The position numbers and the translations under genes were made by a program. Below are positions 56,411-64,000 of a stretch of 64,000 nucleotides of DNA, in pieces. The notes below the pieces were generated by a model that worked only from the letters and a program-made list of their open reading frames with translations, was not told the origin of the DNA and ran no database searches. How positions within the stretch are numbered: position 1 is the first letter of the stretch; every line of letters begins with the position of its first letter. The stretch lies in assembly GCF_009914755.1 (NCBI RefSeq), contig NC_060927.1; one strand, given 5' to 3'. Source of the stretch: the human T2T-CHM13v2.0 reference genome, Homo sapiens.

Positions 56411-57897
56411 AAAAGGTAACATCTCCCTTGAGCATTTATACAACATAGCAAATATTTGTATCATTTTATCTCTTTGTCACCATTTTTTGTGTATATTTTA
56501 TCTCCCCTATTTGATCAAATATTCCCTAAAGACAAGGAATGTCTTATTTCTCTTCTTAGCTCTCGGAACCTTGGTATATTTTCCAGCACATTGGAGGTGA
56601 AGTATAAATATTTATTAAAAGAGTGATTCAACTGTACTCTATAAAGTGATCTGGTTTTTATTTGCAGATTATTACAACTTTTTGAAAATGATTAGTTCTT
56701 CCTCAGATTCAAGTAAATCTTTTCTTAACTTTGAATGAGAAAAACTTTTTCTTCCTCTCTCAAAATTTACTAAATGCGTTCTGTGTAGCAAGTACTGTTA
56801 GAAGTACTAATAATTGAAAAATGGAATCAACTCTCTCTGCCCTTAAAGAGTTGAATATTAACTTGTTGACGTAGTCATTTAATTTTCAGATGTATTTTTC
56901 TATATAGTTAATTCCACATGTTCTTCATATGCTGAAAAAATAAACATCTTTACAATTGGCTTCCTTTCTATTCCATGTTGCCTTTAGTTCCACACCCATG
57001 ATGCAAGTGGAAACTGTTCATGTGTATTCGATTACATGAAAATGGCTTGTATATTTTCTTCTATTAATTACAGTGATTTTAAAATTCATAAACTATTTCC
57101 TTCTCCACCCCATTTGCCATATGCACACCATATTAGTTACACATCTTTGGCTTAACACAGCTAGAACACAGAAATATTTACTATATGTAAATAAAAGGCT
57201 TTAACCACATACATTTTCTGGGTTTTACATATAAAACTTATTATTTCTCAACTATATTTCTCAATTGCCTATACAAACAATGTAAATAACTCATTTTAAG
57301 TAAAGAATGACAAAGTTAAGTCTTTAGTCAAAATAAAAAAAAAAGTCATTCTGTTACAGCCTGTTTCACTCTTGAAGGCTTAAACCATGTTTTCTCTGAC
57401 TATTGTAATGGGTTTGCCACAATTTTATCAGTCCTATGTAATTGCAGGTTCTAGATGAAATAAAGAACCCCACCCACTCTGGACACCTTTAGCCAAATGA
57501 GCCTCACTTTGTCCACCCCAATGTGTGCTCAAAGCTAGGAACTCCAAGCTGGTCTCCCTTTTCTCTCCTTTCTTTTATCAGGAAACCCCTTTATCATTTG
57601 TGATGAACACTACAAATTCAAACATCTGGCTATGGACATTATTGGCATCCCTGGAGCTCACTCAATTGCAAAGCATTCCACATAGAAATACGTACCTGTA
57701 GAGCTTCAAGAAGCCTTGGAGATCAAGAAGTACTGGACCTTCATTTTGCAGATGAAGAAAAAGCTCTATCAAAGTGAACACTGAATTGAATTTGGTTGAC
57801 TTGCTGAAGTGAACATACAAGTTGGTAAAGGAGTCTGCATGAATGATTACATAGCCTGTTTTAGGAGAAGGACCTACTGACCTCTAAATGCTAGCTA

Positions 57898-58015
57898 TAC
57901 AGTCATCCCTTGGTATCCTGAGGGACTGGTTCCAAGACTCTTCCTTGAATGCCAAAGTTCACAGATGCTCACATCCCTTATAAAAATGGTGTAGTATTTG
58001 TATATAACCTGTGCA
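57898..58015. mobile_element. MER2/Tigger terminal fragment
   Basis: TACAGTCATCCCTTGGTATCC...GATGCTCACATCCCTTATAAAAATGG. Confidence 0.7.
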
Positions 58016-59924
58016 AGTGGGGTCTTGGTCAAAACATATCTTGGGGTTTTGGTCCCACCCCACTGCAAGTGTTCTCATGGAGGTTCACACCCAAGCAGAC
58101 CTGCTTTTCCAGACAGTGTGCAAAGATTCATATTCTTTCTTTTCCACCATCAGAACACCTGTATTTCCTAGTCTTCCCAGCCAAATTGGTTAAACCAATC
58201 CATCCTTCATTGTACATCATGGATTTAATCCTTGTAGGATAGTTTGCTTGTTAAAAGAGGCATTTTTATTAGCCCTGAAAAATGATTAATGATAGCACCA
58301 GGACAGGATTGGAGTGGGGCTTAGCGGCAGCTTTAAAACTTCTGTAAAATGAATTTCAGCTGGTGGATGCTTCAGAATTTTTATGTAAGAAAGCTCAGCT
58401 GACTCATCCTGTTTAGAAGTGGGTATTGTGGGGCTTTTGGTGAAGCTGCATTTGCCTAGCAAACCCATTGCTTTTTCATAGATTTTCTAGGAAATTACTT
58501 GGAGTGGCTTTGGGGACAATGACAGAAATCAAGACAAGTTGTCCCTTGACACATCAACAGATTATGCTACTTCTCAAAATGGATAGTATTTGGTCTAAAG
58601 AGTATTTGGTCTAAGGAGCTGATCCAAAATCTTTTTTCACTTTTTTACAAATTCCTGCCTTCCCAGTCCTGGTCACATTTGTCTTAATTTTTTCATGAAG
58701 TAAAAAACAATCAACATAAACCATGAGTATTGCCCTAAAAACACTCTATACACTTCTAAAAGCAGTTTTAGCAGAAGTAGAAAACAGAGCCAGTTTATGC
58801 AGAGCTGGCTTAACCTTTTTCCATTTTAAGAATGATGTGAAATAGAATTTAACATTAAACATACACGTGTTTTGCACACTTTGGAAGGAGGGAGTGTGAA
58901 AAGCACTGCTGAATGTATCAGACTGATAGCAGTCCGAGATTCTGCCTGATTCCATCCTGACATACAGCTTATAGCGTCAGGTAGTAGGAGAAGAGATTTT
59001 GGGGGAGTGGCTCAATCCACATTTTAGCATAGATAGTCATCCACCTCAAAATAGCCAAACAGTCAGTCACTGTCACTGTCACCAGGCCTCAGATAACTGG
59101 AGGAAGTTGTAAATTTCTTGAAGCCCATGCTGAATCTCATTCGTATTGTTTTTTCCCTCCACCTCTCATTGAGATCCAAGCACAAAATAGGTGCTTAATA
59201 AATGTTTCCTAAATGGAACAATAAAATACAGTTCTCAACTTAGTTTATTATCGACTCTTCCAAAAACATATCATAGCAGGCAAGCTATTTCTCTAATCCA
59301 TATTGTCTCAATTGGCCCAATTATTATAAAACATTATCTTTTCATTTATATATATATGTTCTTTTTGTCCTTTATTAAATATATAATTTTCTTAATTTCC
59401 CACAATTATTTTTCACTAACACAAAAAGGAATAAAAAATGAAAGAATAAAAGAAGTGAAAATTATGATAACCAAAGAAGGAAAATGCTTACATATGCATT
59501 TTAGAAAAAATATGCCACTTATAGTTTCATATTTAAGCTTTTTCATGACGTTTCTGAAGACTTATGTACATTTTTCCATATTTTATTAAAACATATAATA
59601 TATGCTAGATTTCCATGGTTAATAAACCAGCAACTTAAAATAGTTATTAAGCCCTCTCTGTAGCTCCATTGCCCAGAGACACTATGGATAATCTTGTAAA
59701 AACAGCTTGTTCACCATAGCTTGTAAGCATGATCTGATAATATTGCACCTGCCTGGCCTTGGGTCCAGATTTCAAGTTTGCACTCAAAGCTTCCTGGCAG
59801 AAGAAAAAAGCTAACACATGTCTGGCTTTACTACAACATGCTCTCCCCACTTTGGGCTGCCACTCTGACTTCTGTTTCTCCCTTAATTCTTAAGTCCTTT
59901 TCAAAGCCTTTTTTACTCCATCTC

Positions 59925-60214
<290 letters not shown>

Positions 60215-60464
60215 TTTCTCCCCATCTCTTAATGCTTCATTTCTGTAGGTCTAGGTTGGGTATATTCTTCCCATGGTCTAGCTGTTGGCATAGAGAATCA
60301 TAGCAGTTGAGGATTCTTACTCCTCTACCTAAGTAAGTTAGCAAGTATCTTGATGATCTTCATCCCCTTTGTGGCCACGGTAATACCCTGACCATCATCC
60401 TTCCATACACCTAGAAAAACTAGCTTTCTCCAAAATTCACTAACCTTTCTATGATTGCAAAGCT

Positions 60465-60715
60465 TAAGAGTTAGAAGCATTAAGTCTGGAGTTAGACTGT
60501 CAGGTTCAAATCCTAACTCTACCTCTTACCTGCTGTATGACCTTGGACAAATTAGCCTTCTAAGCCTTTGTTCCTCACTTGTATCATGGAGATGATGATA
60601 AAAAAATAATATTGATGTTAAAGGTTGTTATGAGGATTAAATGAGACAATATATATAAAGCACCTGGACAATAGTGTACAAAATAAGTTCTTAATAAAGC
60701 TATGACTGTTACCAT
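60465..60715 (+). mobile_element. MIR
   Basis: GGTTCAAATCC...TGACCTTGGACAA...GTTATGAGGATTAAATGAGA. Confidence 0.8.
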
Positions 60716-60862
60716 TACCTTTTCACCTCGCATTTTTTAGGGTATGTATTGAGAGTTACAGATTCACAAGATTCACAAATGCAAGAAACTTGAAAATCAA
60801 CTGGTCCAGGGTTAAAAATACTCAAATGCCTACAGGGCCAAGACAGGCAATATGATTGATAT

Positions 60863-62532
60863 TGAGAGGTGACAGTGTGCTGGCAGCCCTCACAGCCCTC
60901 ACTCACTCTCGGCACCTCCTCTGCCTGAGTGCCCACTCTGGCGGCACTTGAGGAGCCCTTCAGCCTGCCACTGCACTGTGGGAGCCCCTTCCTGGGCTGG
61001 CCGAGGCTAGAGCCAGCTCCCTCAGCTTGCGGGGAGGTGTGGAGGGAGAGGTGTGGGCAGGACCCAGGGCTGCGCGCGGTGCTTGTGGGCCAGCGCGAGT
61101 TCTGGGTGGGCGTGGGCTCGGCGGGCCCCGCTGGCCCCAGGCAGTGAGGGGCTTAGCACCTGGGCCAGCAGCTGCTGTGCTCGATTTCTCACCGGGCCTT
61201 AGCTGCCTCCCTGTAGGGCAGGGCGTGGGACCTGCAGCCCGCCATGCCTAAGCCTCCTCCCCCACTGCCGTGGGCTCCTGCGCAGCCCAAGTCTCCCCGA
61301 CGAGTGCCGCCCCCTGCTCCACGGTGCCCAGTCCCATCGACCGCACAAGGGCTGAGGAGTGTGGGCACACAGCACAGGACTGGCAGGCAGCTCCATCTGC
61401 GGCCCCGGTGTGAGATCCACTGGGTGAAGCCAGCTGGGCTTCTGAGTCTGGTGGGGACTTGGAGAACCTTTATGTCTAGCCAAGGGATTGTAAATACACC
61501 AATCAGCACTCTGTGTCTAGCTCAAGGTTTGTAAATACACCCATCAGCACCCTGTATCTAGCTCAAGGTTTGTAAACACACCAATCAGCACCCTGTGTCT
61601 AGCTCAGGGTTTGCGGATGGACCAATCAGCACTCTGTATCTAGCTAATCTGGTGGGGACTTGGAGAATCTTTATGTCTAGCTAAGGGATTGTGAATACAC
61701 CAATCAGCACTCTGTATCTAGCTCAAGGTTTGTAAATGCACCAATCACCGCTCTGTGTCTAGATGATCTGGTGGGGACTTGGAGAATCTTTATGTCTAGC
61801 TAACGGATTGTGAATACACCAACTGGCACTCTGTATCTAGCTCAAGGTTTGTAAATGCACCAATCAGCACTCTGTGTCTAGCCCAAGGTTTGTAAATACA
61901 CCAATCGACACTCTGTATCTAGCTAATCTAGTGGGGACGTGGAGAACTTTTGTGTCTAGCTCAGGGATTGTAAACGCACCAATCAGCACCCTGTCAAAAT
62001 GGACCAATCAGCTCTCTGTAAAACAGACCAATCAGCTGTCTGTAAAATGGACCAATTAGCAGTATATGGGTGGGGCCAGATAAGAGAATAAAACGAGGCT
62101 GCCCCCGCCAGCAGTGGCAACCTGCTCGGGTCCCCTTCCACACTGTGGAAGCTTTGTTCTTTCGCTCTTTGCAATAAATCTTGCTGCTGCTCACTCTTTG
62201 GGTCCATACTGCCTTTATGAGCTGTAACACTCACCGCGAAGGTCTGCAACTTCATTCCTGAAGCCAGCGAGACCACGAACCCATTGGGAGGAACGAACAA
62301 CTCCAGACGTGCCGCCTTAAGAGCTGTAACACTCACCACGAAGGTCTGCAGCTTCACTCCTGGGCTTGCGAGACCATGAACCCACCGGAAGGAAGAAACT
62401 CCGAACACATCCGAACATCAGAAGGAACAAACTCCGGACACGCTGCCTTTAAGAACTGTGACACTCACCACGAGGGTCCGCGGCTTTATTCTTGAAGTCA
62501 GTGAGACCAAGAACCCACCAATTCTGGACATA
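60863..62532 (+). mobile_element. LTR12C-like (ERV9) solo LTR, 1670 bp
   Basis: TGAGAGGTGACAG start, GC-rich U3, tandem CCAATCAGCAC repeats, AATAAA, U5 repeats; TSD ATAT at 60859-60862 and 62533-62536. Confidence 0.95.
61495..62060 (+). promoter_or_regulatory. LTR12 CCAAT (NF-Y-type) tandem enhancer/promoter array
   Basis: Many CACCAATCAGCAC(T/C)CTGT units followed by GACCAAT repeats. Confidence 0.75.
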
Positions 62533-62536
62533 ATAT

Positions 62537-62730
62537 GATTGAAACAAACTCGCAAGTTGAAGGACAGTAGGGAGAACTGTGGTCACCTGGCTAGACAGCA
62601 CTCTAGCTGCTACTCAAGGTGAAGCACATTGCTGTCATATGAGATCAGGAGCCTGGTATTACCAGATTTTCCAGTTTTTCAAGAGAAGCTAGAAATCCAG
62701 ATTTGTATGTTATTCCAGTGTATAAATGTC
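62537..62730. mobile_element. MER102-like hAT element (other part at ~60800-60858, split by LTR12)
   Basis: CCAGATTTTCCAGTTTTTCAAGAGAAGCTAGAAATCCAGATT; upstream CTCAAATGCCTACAGGG. Confidence 0.55.
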
Positions 62731-63623
62731 GACAGTCAATTCAAACTCCTATAAAATGCTTTATTGGTTTAAAAAAATGAAGCATGGCAGCTTTTACTTT
62801 ACAGTCTCTAATCTAATTGCATCTCATTTGAAAAGTGCGAAAATAGAATTACCAAAAGAGTGCTATATGCCCAAGGGTGCACACAACTACCTAATGGCAA
62901 AACTGATAAAACTCACATCTCCCAAGTCTGACTCCAGGGACCTCTTATGTCCTTCCCTATGGTGCTTTTTCGCCCTTCACATCTGTTTCTAATCTGCAAC
63001 TAAATGCTGTTATTTTTGTACTCTCCACTCCATTCTCATGGTCATCACACTCACTGGGTTGCAGTTGTATCATAAACTTCTCACTGGAATTTCTGTCAAT
63101 CCGATTCACCTTGGTTTGTTTGCTAAGATCAGACTAACCTTCTTGACATTAACCCTCACACCCCTGCCCTAAATTCTTAAAGAATTCCTTATCACTACTG
63201 CATCAGTGCCAAGTACCCTGGACTGTCATTCAGTCATGTGGCCTCAAGTTGGTTTCCTTTTGCTTTCCTCAGGCCTCTGCGGCTGGCTGGTATCCTGGCT
63301 GCTCCTTGAACAAGCTGGGTCACATTAACTCAGCATTTCCTAAAGTAAGATAAAAACAATAGGAGCGTATAATAAAACAAGAACAAAGAAACATACGTTG
63401 GTTGTGTTCCATGCCAATGCATTCTTCTTAAAGTATATAAAAGATAAAGAGAAAAACTTTAAGAAAAACACATAAAGACAGATGACCTGCAAAATAATGA
63501 TAATTAGACTCATTACCCACAACAGAAGCTAAATAACAATGCAGTCATATTTCGAATGTTTATGGAAAATCTTGAATTTTAGACAAAAGCTGAAGTATTT
63601 CTTCCAAGCCTAGAAGAAAATAC

Positions 63624-63923
63624 TTTTTTTTTTTTTTTTTTTTGAGACGGAGTCTCGCTCATTGCCCATGCTGGAGTGCAGTGGCTTGATCTCGCCTCAC
63701 TGCAAGTTCCGCCTCGGAGTTTCAAGTGATTCTCCTGCCTCAGCCTCCTAAGTAGCTGGGACTACAGGCACGCACCACCATGCCCAGCTAATTTTTGTAT
63801 TTTTAGTAGAGATGGGGTTTCACCATATTGGCCAGGCTGGTCACGAACTCCTGACTTCAAGTGATTGCCCGTCTTGGCCTCCCAAAGTGCTGGGATTACA
63901 GGCATGAGCCACTGCATCCGGCC
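63624..63923 (-). mobile_element. AluS
   Basis: poly(T) and dimeric Alu; AAAATACTTTTT on both flanks. Confidence 0.93.
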
Positions 63924-64000
63924 AAAAAAATACTTTTTAGCCTCACAAAAGTTCAGTGTGCCACTCACAGATCTTCCCTAAAACAATTTTAAAATTATTT

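Noticed and set aside
58397-58408. AP-1/ARE-like CAGCTGACTCAT motif
   Set aside because: A single short motif is expected by chance in 64 kb
61495-62060. Regularly spaced repeats resembling a CRISPR array
   Set aside because: Internal tandem repeats of LTR12 with no unique spacers, in a eukaryotic context
60849-62543. Apparent 11-bp duplication AATATGATTGA around LTR12
   Set aside because: Explained by a normal 4-bp TSD (ATAT) inside a pre-existing ATATGATTG tandem pair

Overview
AT-rich primate (human-like) genomic DNA, intronic or intergenic, with no recognisable protein-coding gene, RNA gene or CRISPR array. Most of the window is interspersed repeat: Alu/FLAM/FAM, L1 (mostly + strand), L2/MIR, MaLR and ERV solo LTRs (LTR12C-like, MER11, MER9, MER66-like), and DNA transposons, including a near-complete Hsmar1 mariner interrupted by a MER11 LTR. 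The ORFs with recognisable products are repeat-derived (L1 ORF2, Hsmar1 transposase, Alu); the rest look like chance ORFs. Most notable: (i) several fossil locally templated duplications/inversions, including a multi-switch patchwork at 53.1-53.3 kb; (ii) three phase-compatible minus-strand candidate exons (34930-34851, 33077-33029, 30681 downward), the first directly after a (UG)n tract, that would splice into a 61-aa ORF; (iii) a MER11 LTR with a non-canonical 16-bp flanking duplication and a truncated 3' end. Family and subfamily names come from recalled consensus sequences, not from a search. Boundaries of old repeats are approximate.
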